Assembly: GCA_016839815.1 (NCBI GenBank)
Contig: JAEOTM010000032.1
Span: 1 to 64,000, forward strand
Reading direction: 5' to 3'
DNA from: Candidatus Hodarchaeota archaeon
GTDB taxonomy: Archaea > Asgardarchaeota > Heimdallarchaeia > Hodarchaeales > Hodarchaeaceae
DNA length: 64,000 nucleotides
Both the position numbers and the translations under genes were made by a program. Below, one piece after another: positions 37,875 through 47,871 of the stretch. Position 1 is the stretch's first letter. Every line of letters begins with the position of its first letter. Under the pieces are notes generated by a model that did not search any database, was not told the origin of the DNA, and saw nothing but the letters and a program-made list of their open reading frames with translations.

Positions 37875-39746
37875 ATGCCAGAACAACTTTTCTTAGAATT
37901 ACGAGATGCACTAGCCCATAGAAATATGGATAAGGTTAATCGTATTCATAATGGACTTTTATCAATAAAATCTGGTCATAATTTGGTAGAAAGCTTTTGG
38001 AAACTTCGTATCGAAGCTGAAATCTACCATTTCAAGCGTGATTATCCTCAAGCATCGTCACTTCTAAAAAGAGCACAGAAAATTGTTACAAAATTGTCCT
38101 TAACAGACTCTCAACTGGGAAGCTTGAATGGTAGATATGCCTCTTGTTTATATAATACAGCAAACTATGAAGAGGCGTTAAATTTTTATTCTACTGCAAA
38201 ATTATTAGCTCACAATGATATACCAAGGTCCTATTATTATAAAACAAAAATATTACAGTGTCTAATAAAATTAGAAAAGAAAACTGAATTTTTCGATTTT
38301 TTTGAGGAGACTCTTAATAGTCTTACTTCGGATCCCTTAAAAAAAGTATGGGATCACCATTTGAATTATTTATGGAACTTAGTATCAATCTTTCGACGAA
38401 ATTCATGGTTTTCTGAGATCAAACAGTATATATCTAATTATATTCCAGAAAAAACTAAGGATTATACACTTTCTTTCCTCCAATTCATATCTGCTCTAAT
38501 ATCAAGATCCGAACACAAATATGATGAAATGTGTGGACATATTGAACTTTGTCTCAAATACTTCCAAGACAGCTGGGATCCAGTCGATCACAAGAATTTA
38601 CTCCTAAATTGTGCTAGTTTAGTTAGATATCCATTTAGTGATTTTCAAACTGCAAAAAAATACTTAGAACAAGCTTTAATCCTAAGTCCAAATCCAGATG
38701 GTTGGCGAATCCATATTTTAAATTCATTAGGATCAGTACTTCGTTTTACAGGTGAATATTCTCGCGCTGTTCAAGTACTCAAAGAGTCCATAAATCTTAG
38801 TGTCCTTCCGAAGAATTTATGGCAGCTAGGGTTTGCATACAATACACTAGGGATGATCTATACTCTGTTAGGAAGAAATTCTCTGGCAAAAGATGCTTTT
38901 GACTCAAGTCTTGAATGTAATATTGAGGAAAGTAATGACACGGGGAAAGGATATACATATGGGTCAATGGGTTGGCGAGAATCTGTTTTAGGTAATTTTA
39001 AAGAAGCAGAAAAGTATTATACAAAGAGTATTGCTTCATTTGGAAAATTTGGATATATTCCTCCCATTATCTATTTAGCGAAAGCTGAAATCCTATCAAA
39101 TATTTCTGTAAGTACCTCTTCTGAAATAGATGGCCTATTAAAAAAAGCACATGAAATAATATGGAACCGTAACCTTAGACTCGACAAAGGTAGATATTTT
39201 ATCACCCTAGGAAATATTTCTTTCAATTACAAAGAATATCCGAAGGCTGAAGAGAGCTTTCTCAAGGCGCTTTATTTTGAGGATATCTATGAAGTCTACT
39301 CACAAGCTCTCTTAGGCACAATAAAGGTGAATGCTAGCCTTTATGTCAAAAATGAGGATAATAAATACTTGAATCGAGTAAGAACACATTTAACCTCCCT
39401 TAAAACAATTTCACATCGTAATTCATTATTGTGGGCGGAAATGAATCTGATTTCAGCCATCATAGATATGTCTGAGGGAGACCTCGTTCATGCATCAGAG
39501 TCTTTGTCTGTAATTCGTTCTTATTCTGAATCCCATCAATTATCTGATCTTTTTTCCCGATTAGAAAAACAAGAAAATAACTTAAAGATATATCAAAGGT
39601 ATAATAAGCTCCAAGACCAGATTAAGGATTTCTCTGAAAGAGAATATCTCAAATCACAATCACTGAAGGATATGATGCATTATCTGAAGACAATTTCACG
39701 TTTACTTAGCGCCTACTCCTCAGATACAAAATTAGACAAACAATAA
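37875..39746 (+). CDS. Tetratricopeptide-repeat protein
   Basis: Repeated LNSLG..GEY..A, YNTLG..LG..A, YGSMG..GNF.EA and LGNI..EY.KA. Confidence 0.85.
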   Translation: MPEQLFLELRDALAHRNMDKVNRIHNGLLSIKSGHNLVESFWKLRIEAEIYHFKRDYPQASSLLKRAQKIVTKLSLTDSQLGSLNGRYASCLYNTANYEEALNFYSTAKLLAHNDIPRSYYYKTKILQCLIKLEKKTEFFDFFEETLNSLTSDPLKKVWDHHLNYLWNLVSIFRRNSWFSEIKQYISNYIPEKTKDYTLSFLQFISALISRSEHKYDEMCGHIELCLKYFQDSWDPVDHKNLLLNCASLVRYPFSDFQTAKKYLEQALILSPNPDGWRIHILNSLGSVLRFTGEYSRAVQVLKESINLSVLPKNLWQLGFAYNTLGMIYTLLGRNSLAKDAFDSSLECNIEESNDTGKGYTYGSMGWRESVLGNFKEAEKYYTKSIASFGKFGYIPPIIYLAKAEILSNISVSTSSEIDGLLKKAHEIIWNRNLRLDKGRYFITLGNISFNYKEYPKAEESFLKALYFEDIYEVYSQALLGTIKVNASLYVKNEDNKYLNRVRTHLTSLKTISHRNSLLWAEMNLISAIIDMSEGDLVHASESLSVIRSYSESHQLSDLFSRLEKQENNLKIYQRYNKLQDQIKDFSEREYLKSQSLKDMMHYLKTISRLLSAYSSDTKLDKQ

Positions 39747-40238
39747 TTTCGAGGATTAATGAATCGTATCTTCGACGTAATAATTATTATCTTGGGTCTT
39801 CCCTCCCACTTTTCCCTATTTATCTCCCATTACACCTCTCTTCTCATGTTCTCCATGATTTGCATTCTACCTTAGCCAATTTTAGTAGAACGTCAGTAAT
39901 ATTAAATTTTGGTTTACCTGATCTAAGCACCTTTGCTTTCACTTTTTTTCATAGACCTAGTCATTTCTAGAGGGAATAACCAATAAACATCTGCAGACCG
40001 CCTAAAATATCTTTTGGTGACTTATATACCTCTTAAAAAGAACTGATAGAATCTTTATCTAGAATCACTAGATCCCAATTAAACATTAAGTAAGTGTTTT
40101 AGGGGTTAATTATTCGATTTGCTAGGTATAGATTCTTAATCAACCGTCTTCGTAAAGAAAAATTCTCAGCATCAACAAGAAATTATTAAATTGTATATAG
40201 ATAGAGAAAAGTATTCAACTATAATTGGTGGGATTCTT

Positions 40239-41390
40239 ATGAGAACAGATATCCGTGACTACTTCCCAGTAATTGAAAAAGCAATTTACTTAAATCATGC
40301 AGCTATTGGTCCATCGCCAAAACCCGTAACGGAGGAAGTCCAAAAGTGGATGGTTCATCACAAATCTTACGGAGATATGTATTTTTCGCCTTTAAATGTT
40401 ATGTACGAAGAAATAAATCGAGATCGTGAAGTATTAGGTAAGTTAATTAATGCTCGCTTTCCTACAGATGAAATATCATTCACCTACAATACAAGCTATG
40501 GTTTAGCAGCTATTGCTGAAGCAATACCTTGGAAAAAGGGTGATACGGTTATACTAAACTATTTAGAATATACATCAAACTCTTATACTTACCAAGCTTT
40601 AGCTCGCAAGTTTGATCTTAAAGTGAAGACTATTCCTCATGTTAATGGTAAATTACCTTTAGAAAAATTTCAAGCAGCGCTGGATCAAACAACTCGGTTG
40701 GTAGCAATCTCTCATGTCCAATTTAGTAACGGTTTTCGTAGTGATCTTGAAACTTTAACTTCTCTAATACATGAGGTGGGAGGAGAAATAATCGTTGATG
40801 GAATTCAATCCTTGGGAGCTGTTCCCCTTGATGTTCAGAAGACTAATATTGACTACTTAGCCGCAGGTGGATATAAATGGTTGTTAGCACCCATGGGAAC
40901 AGGATTTATGTATGTAAAACGAGAATTGGCAGATACTCTCCAGCCTTCCTTCGTTGGAAGTATGTCCGACTCTGCGCCTATGAATCTTTCTCATCATCAT
41001 TATGTCCCTGGCCCATCAGCTAAGAGGTTCCAAGCTTCTCTCGGTCCAAACTCTCATCTTCTTTCGGTAGCTGTAAACTTTCTCTTGGATATTGGTGTAG
41101 ATAATATATTTGAGCACTTACTTAGTCTTACTGATATTATTATAGAGTATGTTCAAGATAAGGCAAATTTTGAACTAAAATCTCCAGTAGATGATGTAAA
41201 AAACAGAAGCGGAATTATTAATTTCACCTGTCCGAATGCAGAGAGCATAATCCCTCGTTTACGAAAACTTGAAAAGCCAATTGCTGTTTCTTATCGTGAA
41301 AAAGGTATTAGAATCTCCCCACATTGTTACAATACTGCAGATGAAGTAAGAACCTGTTTAGAGACAATTTCTCAATTAAGTGTATCATAA
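40239..41390 (+). CDS. Class V PLP-dependent aminotransferase-fold enzyme
   Basis: YLNHAAIGP, NTSYG, VDGIQSLG, GGYKWL, IRISPH.YNT. ATG at 40239 (track start 40191). Confidence 0.9.
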   Translation: MRTDIRDYFPVIEKAIYLNHAAIGPSPKPVTEEVQKWMVHHKSYGDMYFSPLNVMYEEINRDREVLGKLINARFPTDEISFTYNTSYGLAAIAEAIPWKKGDTVILNYLEYTSNSYTYQALARKFDLKVKTIPHVNGKLPLEKFQAALDQTTRLVAISHVQFSNGFRSDLETLTSLIHEVGGEIIVDGIQSLGAVPLDVQKTNIDYLAAGGYKWLLAPMGTGFMYVKRELADTLQPSFVGSMSDSAPMNLSHHHYVPGPSAKRFQASLGPNSHLLSVAVNFLLDIGVDNIFEHLLSLTDIIIEYVQDKANFELKSPVDDVKNRSGIINFTCPNAESIIPRLRKLEKPIAVSYREKGIRISPHCYNTADEVRTCLETISQLSVS

Positions 41391-41407
41391 GATTTGGAAT
41401 TGTGAAT

Positions 41408-42088
41408 TTACTCCATTTTCCATACACTTTCCCCATGCCAATCCCGGATCCTCTTGATAGGACTACCAGCATAAATTGAATTTGGTTCTAAAACCCTATT
41501 TGCTGGAATCACTGAATTACTGGCAACAATAACGTTATCCTTAATTGTAACACCTGGTAAAATGATTGTTCCAGCACCAATTGTGCAGTTTTTTCCAATG
41601 ACAATTCGTTTGCGGAAAAGTTCTCCTTGAGATATAGCATGTGCCCCAATAATACAACCAGTTCCGATAGAAGTATTTTCTCCAATTTCCATTAATTCAA
41701 CATCCCAGATTCGAGTATAAATGGCTGCTCCCTTACCAATTTTAGCCCCAAATAATTTATAGAAAAGTGAGGGGAACATCTGGTTAATAAACAGTTTATT
41801 GACAAAATAATAAGCAGTATCTGCAGCTGTCATACCGACTCCCCATAACAGTTGATCTCGACCCGTCAAGATTCCTTCTTCTTTCTTCATAAACAATCTC
41901 GCTAGCTTATGAATGATTGCTAAGATGAACAATCCTGTGAATAATGTTAGAGTAATTGCACAGATGATTGACAAATACAGATTATTTACGAATAATCCAT
42001 TGTAAAAGAGATCAAAATACCATACACCGATGAAAATTACTGATGCTAGTAACACAATCTGAAAGAAAACCCAGGTAACCATATTCAT
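41408..42088 (-). CDS. Membrane-anchored hexapeptide-repeat (LbH) acyltransferase
   Basis: 2 TM segments, then FGAKIGKG, IGENTSIG, IGKNCTIGAGTIILPGVTI, AGSP. ATG at 42088 (track start 42103). Confidence 0.85.
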   Translation of the reverse strand: MNMVTWVFFQIVLLASVIFIGVWYFDLFYNGLFVNNLYLSIICAITLTLFTGLFILAIIHKLARLFMKKEEGILTGRDQLLWGVGMTAADTAYYFVNKLFINQMFPSLFYKLFGAKIGKGAAIYTRIWDVELMEIGENTSIGTGCIIGAHAISQGELFRKRIVIGKNCTIGAGTIILPGVTIKDNVIVASNSVIPANRVLEPNSIYAGSPIKRIRDWHGESVWKME

Positions 42089-42092
42089 ACCC

Positions 42093-43751
42093 TTAGATTT
42101 CAATGTTTGTTGAAGGAGATAGATGACCGAAGACCTCTTCTGCGATATCTACAGCTCCATCGAACACACTGCGTGCTCCATTCCAAGTCGCTAGGTGTTT
42201 ACCGTACTGAGCACAGAATTGAATTTGGAATTCATGCAATGCCTTTTTTAATTCCATATCATGTTTATTACAGAAAATGACGGTAGAAATTCCTGTATCT
42301 TTATCTTTATCAGTAATAATGAAGTGATTACCATGTCTGACCAGATTCAAGTTACCTTTTTCCCTCATCATTTCAGACATAAAGGAAGAAACAGCAGTAA
42401 GTGCTCCTGAAAGTAGTGTGAGCTCAATATCGGTATCTAGTTTTTGTTGAAATGCATAATCAAATAGTGGTAAGCCACCCTCTTCAATCACCATGAGTAA
42501 CGTGAAGTCTAATGGTTCATAACTATCAGTTGTCCAAAATAGAGGAAATGCAGCGAAAACCGCTAAGATAATCAAAATGTATGTCACGTAATCTAAATTC
42601 TCGAGGAGTGGAACTAAGAACCAATGGCCAACACCATACCCTGCACCAAGTCCTAAAGCTAGCGATATAAATCCTAGTGCAAAATATCGTCCTAAACCAT
42701 CACGAGGAGAAAGATCAGCCCACAAAGAAGAATCTAATGTAGGATGGATTAGTGCAAAAGAAAATCCGATCGTTAATGCTGAAATGAAGAAACTTGCTTC
42801 AGATTTTTCGAGACCTAGTATCATTGCGGAAAAAACAATGCCATATATCGCTAATACGATTAAATTCTTCCGACCAATTTTATCAGCTAGAAATCCAGCT
42901 GGTATAACTAACAGCAAATCACCAACTAATACCAAAACCCAAAAAAGTTGATCTACACTAAATTGCAGTTCCCCAAGGGCGGGAAATTTAAAGGTTTCTG
43001 TTATATCCAACACTGATCCTATTAAAGGGAATATAGCTATAGAGATTCCAAGCATACAGTACAATAAGAAATGAGTACTCAAATATGCTTGGACAGACCG
43101 ACGACCAACAATTTTCGTAAATTTGGTTGGCCATGCATCAGGTACCCAGTATTTCAAATCACGGGAGAGTAAAAAGAATACTAAAGTCAAGATGAGTCCC
43201 AATACCCCAATTCCTGGAATGATTACAACCCAGCTATTACTTAATGGATCAGTTTCAGCAAAATCAGAGGAAATCTCATTTCCAATTATAATACTCACAA
43301 GTACTAAGATAATAAATAGAAAAATTGCAGTAGAATATGTTTTTCCGCGTGAAGCTGAATTAGTTAATCCTGCAAATAGTGTCCCACTGCTTGTAAGGAG
43401 AATAGCAAAGGAAAATGCTAATCCGACCAGTGAAACAGAAAATAAGATAGCTGAATTAATAAAAACAATGAATAACGTTGAGGTTATTGATGCACCTAAC
43501 ATACCAATCATAATCCCCTTCTTCAGAAATTCAGGATGTGAATCAAGATAATGTCCTGTGAAATAAAGGACTAGAATCACGAGAAGAAGAAGAACGCCTA
43601 ATATTACTATTCCCAAACCCATAAAAGGATTATCATCAGATTGTTCGACATAATCTAATATTTCGAAAGAATAAATCAATAATAGAGTAGCTGCTAAGCA
43701 CCATGTGAATGTACTGGGTATTATAATGAGGAAAAATCGTTTTACATCCAT
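42093..43751 (-). CDS. MFS transporter fused to a C-terminal longin-like domain
   Basis: About 12 TM segments with GHYLD and GFLADKIGRK; C-terminal ~135 aa LMVIEEGGLPLF..LLSGALTAVSSFMSEM..F..QY..WNG..F. ATG at 43751 (track start 43838). Confidence 0.85.
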   Translation of the reverse strand: MDVKRFFLIIIPSTFTWCLAATLLLIYSFEILDYVEQSDDNPFMGLGIVILGVLLLLVILVLYFTGHYLDSHPEFLKKGIMIGMLGASITSTLFIVFINSAILFSVSLVGLAFSFAILLTSSGTLFAGLTNSASRGKTYSTAIFLFIILVLVSIIIGNEISSDFAETDPLSNSWVVIIPGIGVLGLILTLVFFLLSRDLKYWVPDAWPTKFTKIVGRRSVQAYLSTHFLLYCMLGISIAIFPLIGSVLDITETFKFPALGELQFSVDQLFWVLVLVGDLLLVIPAGFLADKIGRKNLIVLAIYGIVFSAMILGLEKSEASFFISALTIGFSFALIHPTLDSSLWADLSPRDGLGRYFALGFISLALGLGAGYGVGHWFLVPLLENLDYVTYILIILAVFAAFPLFWTTDSYEPLDFTLLMVIEEGGLPLFDYAFQQKLDTDIELTLLSGALTAVSSFMSEMMREKGNLNLVRHGNHFIITDKDKDTGISTVIFCNKHDMELKKALHEFQIQFCAQYGKHLATWNGARSVFDGAVDIAEEVFGHLSPSTNIEI

Positions 43752-43970
43752 TTTAACATATCCTGTAGAATTATACTTAGTTAGGGTGTGGATCTCAAGC
43801 TTTGGTAAGGATTTCAAAGCTCTAGCAATAATTATCAAAATAGGGTAAAGAGATTAAATCCTTTATTCAGCTTTCTCACATTATACTAACACCTTAAATA
43901 AACCTCATCGAAGCATATTAGGACAAGAATCTTTTTGGAAAAAGGATTTTTACTCAAGATAATTACAGGG

Positions 43971-45035
43971 ATGCCGAATCAATTGACAATAAATAACTAT
44001 TTCACTCTACTCTCCGAACTTGTGAATATTCCAGGACCTGTTGGACGAGAGGAGAAAGTTCAACAGTTTTTAGCCAATAAATGGAAAGCTTCTGGTCTTG
44101 ATGTTGAATTAGATAGAATTGGAAATTTATATGGACGTCTGAATGGAGAAGGTCCGCATTGGGCAATTGTATCTCATGCTGACACAATTGGTTTTCTTGT
44201 GCAACAGATACTTTCTAATGGTTTCTTGAAAGTGGCATTTAATACTGCTGCAACTACACCCGATGCCCGTTTCCTCGCAGGATCCAAGATTCGATTCCTA
44301 ACCAATGAATCTCAAGATATATTCGGTTATTTTGGATTGAGAAGTGGTCATCTTGCAGGAATTGAGGGGAAGAAAAAACCAATATTATTTGATGAAATGT
44401 TTATTGATCTTGGAACAAACTCAATTGAAGAAGTGAAGAAATTAGGAATTGATATCGGGACCCCTGCTGTTTTTAACTCTCCTATATATCAAATTCAAAA
44501 CAATATTGTAGGCCCTTCAATGGATAACCGAATTGGAGGTACTATTCAGACTATTCTTGTCGCCAATTTGATGGAAAAAGGACTCCGCCCAAATTTGACT
44601 TTGATTTCAACTGTTCAAGAGGAGATTGGAATGAAAGGAGCTGCAGCAGCTGCAAAAAATGGAGAATATGATGGAGTGGTAAACCTAGATGTAGGATTAA
44701 CAGGAGATATCCCGCCTTCCAAGCAAGACTACGTACCAACTAAACTCGGACATGGACCTATTCTTGTTGTAAAAGACTTTTCAATCCATTATTCTCATTC
44801 ATTATTAACATCACTTGCTGAGGTTGCTTTACATGAGAAAATTCCATTCCAGAAAGCAGTGTTCAAAAATTATAACACTGATGGAATGCATTTCTTTATG
44901 AATGGATTCCCTACAATTACTGTTTCCATACCATGTAGATATACTCATACAAACTTCGAAACGATTAATCTTTCTGACGTTCAAAATACGTTAACTTTAC
45001 TAGAATCATTACTTTCATTATCAGTAAATGTGTAA
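43971..45035 (+). CDS. M42 family (TET-like) aminopeptidase
   Basis: GPVGRE, SHADTIG, MDNRIG, QEEIG, LDVG, PCRYTHT. Confidence 0.9.
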   Translation: MPNQLTINNYFTLLSELVNIPGPVGREEKVQQFLANKWKASGLDVELDRIGNLYGRLNGEGPHWAIVSHADTIGFLVQQILSNGFLKVAFNTAATTPDARFLAGSKIRFLTNESQDIFGYFGLRSGHLAGIEGKKKPILFDEMFIDLGTNSIEEVKKLGIDIGTPAVFNSPIYQIQNNIVGPSMDNRIGGTIQTILVANLMEKGLRPNLTLISTVQEEIGMKGAAAAAKNGEYDGVVNLDVGLTGDIPPSKQDYVPTKLGHGPILVVKDFSIHYSHSLLTSLAEVALHEKIPFQKAVFKNYNTDGMHFFMNGFPTITVSIPCRYTHTNFETINLSDVQNTLTLLESLLSLSVNV

Positions 45036-46761
45036 ACAAGAATCGTGTGTGTCCACTGTGAATCAAAAAAACGTAATCCTTGTCAAACTGGGAGGAAGTC
45101 TAATAACCTATAAACAGGATGAGAATCGAATTAAAGAGTACATATTAGCTATTGAACAATTTCGCTGCGGTACGGCTTCATTAGAAGAATTAACTTCAAC
45201 AATATCCAACCTTCTAAATACAAGTACACTTAAAGAAATATTTAGAACCCTCAACATCTATATACAGAGTAATCCCTCCTCGAAAGTTATCGTTATACAT
45301 GGAGCTGGATCAATAGGCCATTCTCTTGTTTTACATCTCTTAAAGACTGAAACTGACCTAGAATTTGTCTATCCTCTAATCAAACTTGCTGTCTCCATTC
45401 AGAACCACTTAATTACTGGAATCGGTATACAACTAGGTCTAAATGCTATTTCACTCTCATCTCATCAGCTTATGCTTGGATATCCTACTGATAAAACATC
45501 TTCTCCTCGTATCGATGCAACTGATTTATCAACTTTGGAAACACTGATTCTGAACACTGACTCTGTTCCTATTTTCTTCGGGGATGTTGGACTTACCCAA
45601 AAATCACATGTGGATTTACCTGGTGAATGGAAAGTCTTTTCGGGTGATTTAATACCAACTGCACTTGTTCGGAGTTTTAAAACCTTACAAATTGATAAAG
45701 CAATCTTTCTAACTCAAGTACCAGGAAAAATGACTGGAATTTATTCAAAAGATCCTGATCTAGCTGATGCACAATTTATTAGACGCATCGAAGTTGGATC
45801 AAAAGCCAATCGGTATTATAATGTAGAGAATTCACAAATTCATTTTCACAAAGATGCTACTCAGTCAAAATATGATGTAACTGATGCAATGGAAGGAAAA
45901 TTAAGGAATTTGATTGATTTAGCGCATCAGAATGTTACTAGCTGGGTAATTGGATTTGAGGAGTTTGATAAAGCCCTACGGGGAGAACTCGTCGGAACAA
46001 GAGTTCTTCCAGAAAAAGATCTCAATATCAAGGCTGTTTTTCTAGGTAGAGGAGATGCATTTAGTTCAGGTGGATTTAAAAGTGCCTCTATTTTACTAGA
46101 ATTTCAAAATAAAACTATTTTGTTAGATTGTGGTCCTCATACACTGCAAGCTTTGAAAGCTTCTGGAAGAAAATCAACAGAAATTGATTGGATATTAATT
46201 TCGCACTTCCACGGAGACCATTTTGGAGGTATTCCATATTTTCTCTTAGAATCAACATTTCAACACCAGAGAAACAAGCCATTGACGATTATTGGCCCTC
46301 CAGGAATCGAAAAGGTTGTGAACGACCTTTTTACATCATTGTATAAGCGTGAATCATCAAAAACACGCCCATTTCCCATTAAATATAGGGAAATTACACC
46401 TGCTAAACCTTATGACGAAAATGAAATTATAATAACAGCGTATCAAATGAATCATACTCCCGAGGCACAAGGTTATAGAATAAAAAGTAATTCGAGTTTT
46501 ATTGCTTATACCGGGGATACTGGATGGACTGAAAACTTGATTCCTCTAATTTCTGATGCACAACTCGCAATTCTTGAGTGTAATTTCTACCAGAGTCAAT
46601 TTGAAACCCATTTGAATTGGCAGGAAATTCTGAATGTGTATCATCTTGCTGAAAAAACTGCAATAATACACCTTGGTGCAGAGATGGTTGCAGAAATTGA
46701 TAACCTAGTTGGTAAAAAGAATCTTTATATTCCCTTAGAAGGTCAAACTATCAGAATCTAG
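45028..46761 (+). CDS. Isopentenyl phosphate kinase-like domain fused to RNase Z-like metallo-beta-lactamase hydrolase
   Basis: VKLGGSLIT, HGAGSIGH, PIFFGDV, SGD, DVTDAMEGKL; then FLGRGDAF, LLDCG, SHFHGDH, YTGDT, LEC, IHL. Confidence 0.85.
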   Translation: MCKQESCVSTVNQKNVILVKLGGSLITYKQDENRIKEYILAIEQFRCGTASLEELTSTISNLLNTSTLKEIFRTLNIYIQSNPSSKVIVIHGAGSIGHSLVLHLLKTETDLEFVYPLIKLAVSIQNHLITGIGIQLGLNAISLSSHQLMLGYPTDKTSSPRIDATDLSTLETLILNTDSVPIFFGDVGLTQKSHVDLPGEWKVFSGDLIPTALVRSFKTLQIDKAIFLTQVPGKMTGIYSKDPDLADAQFIRRIEVGSKANRYYNVENSQIHFHKDATQSKYDVTDAMEGKLRNLIDLAHQNVTSWVIGFEEFDKALRGELVGTRVLPEKDLNIKAVFLGRGDAFSSGGFKSASILLEFQNKTILLDCGPHTLQALKASGRKSTEIDWILISHFHGDHFGGIPYFLLESTFQHQRNKPLTIIGPPGIEKVVNDLFTSLYKRESSKTRPFPIKYREITPAKPYDENEIIITAYQMNHTPEAQGYRIKSNSSFIAYTGDTGWTENLIPLISDAQLAILECNFYQSQFETHLNWQEILNVYHLAEKTAIIHLGAEMVAEIDNLVGKKNLYIPLEGQTIRI

Positions 46762-46775
46762 AGCGTTACCTATTG

Positions 46776-47015
46776 TTACTTGAGAGTTTCCAAACGCCAA
46801 ACGATATTTTTCCTTTTACCAATTCCCATCGACTCAACACGATAAGAGATTTTTCCTTCCATTCTCATTTGTGTTAGAACCATAGGAATTCGATCCGCGC
46901 AGTCTTGATTGAACATACTAACACGATCAACTATTTCTTTTGTACTTGCTTCATGGAGTTCTCGTAAAACAACTTCTATCCATTTTTCTGTCCCAGAAGT
47001 ATCCGAGTTGTCCAT
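46776..47015 (-). CDS. Small winged-helix protein, putative regulator
   Basis: IEVVLRELHEASTKEIVDRV..IPMVLTQMRMEGKI..VWRL. Confidence 0.6.
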   Translation of the reverse strand: MDNSDTSGTEKWIEVVLRELHEASTKEIVDRVSMFNQDCADRIPMVLTQMRMEGKISYRVESMGIGKRKNIVWRLETLK

Positions 47016-47170
47016 TCTATATAAGTCTCCACTTTCTCCTTATTCAAAAGTAAATATGTTTCTAATCAGTGGTGTTATTCTTACCAGTCAGTAACTCGAA
47101 ATTGTCTTTATTTCAGTTACCTTTAATTTGAAATAATTTATCAGATTGATTGTATATTATCACACTAACC

Positions 47171-47183
47171 ATGATATTATCAT
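47171..47183. promoter_or_regulatory. Operator-like palindrome ATGATA-T-TATCAT
   Basis: Perfect 6-1-6 palindrome in a divergent intergenic region, with a related copy TGTATATTATCAC at 47151-47163. Confidence 0.35.
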
Positions 47184-47306
47184 AGTAAGTATTACATTAG
47201 AAAATAATGAAGAGGGGAAAAAGTAGCTTAATACCGCTTTAGCTCCGTACAAACAAATCAAAATGCATCTAAATCAGTAAAAGGATTATTATCAGGAAGG
47301 AAAGTT

Positions 47307-47867
47307 ATGACAAGCAAAGAAATCAAGCATGTATTAAAAATACTGCTCCTTGGGGATGGAGCCGTCGGAAAAACTTCATTAATTCTAAGATTCATTGAAA
47401 ATAAGTTTAAAGATGAATATTCTGTAAGTTTGGGAGTGGATTTTCTCACCAAAACCATTAATTTCATTGATGAAGATGATATTAAGCGAGTGGTATCCTT
47501 ACAAGTGTGGGATATAGCAGGTCAAGCGAGACATGTGTCTTACTCACACCTCTACCTCAAAGGTGCATTAGGAGCGTTTTATGTATTTGATTTAACCAGA
47601 AAAGACACTTTGGCGCAGATTCAGAATCGCTGGCAACTCCAAGCTCTCAAGGCATCACCTAATCACATTGGTATTCTTATTGGAAATAAAGCGGATTTAA
47701 CTAAAGAGAGAGCGGTTCCTGAATCGCAATTGAAGCAGATTATTGATAGTATGCATGTTCTTGAATTTATAGAAACGTCTGCAAAGACAGGTAGAAATGT
47801 TAACAAGGCTTTTCAAAAATTAACCACAGAAATCCTGCGTGTGAAACCAAAAAAATTCCTGAAGTGA
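47307..47867 (+). CDS. Rab-like small GTPase
   Basis: GDGAVGKT, SLGVDF, WDIAGQ, NKAD, ETSAK; basic C-terminus. Confidence 0.93.
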   Translation: MTSKEIKHVLKILLLGDGAVGKTSLILRFIENKFKDEYSVSLGVDFLTKTINFIDEDDIKRVVSLQVWDIAGQARHVSYSHLYLKGALGAFYVFDLTRKDTLAQIQNRWQLQALKASPNHIGILIGNKADLTKERAVPESQLKQIIDSMHVLEFIETSAKTGRNVNKAFQKLTTEILRVKPKKFLK

Positions 47868-47871
47868 GCTC

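Noticed and set aside
39780-39860. Strongly pyrimidine-skewed intergenic tract
   Set aside because: No ORF of meaningful length or clear fold; may be just a terminator region.
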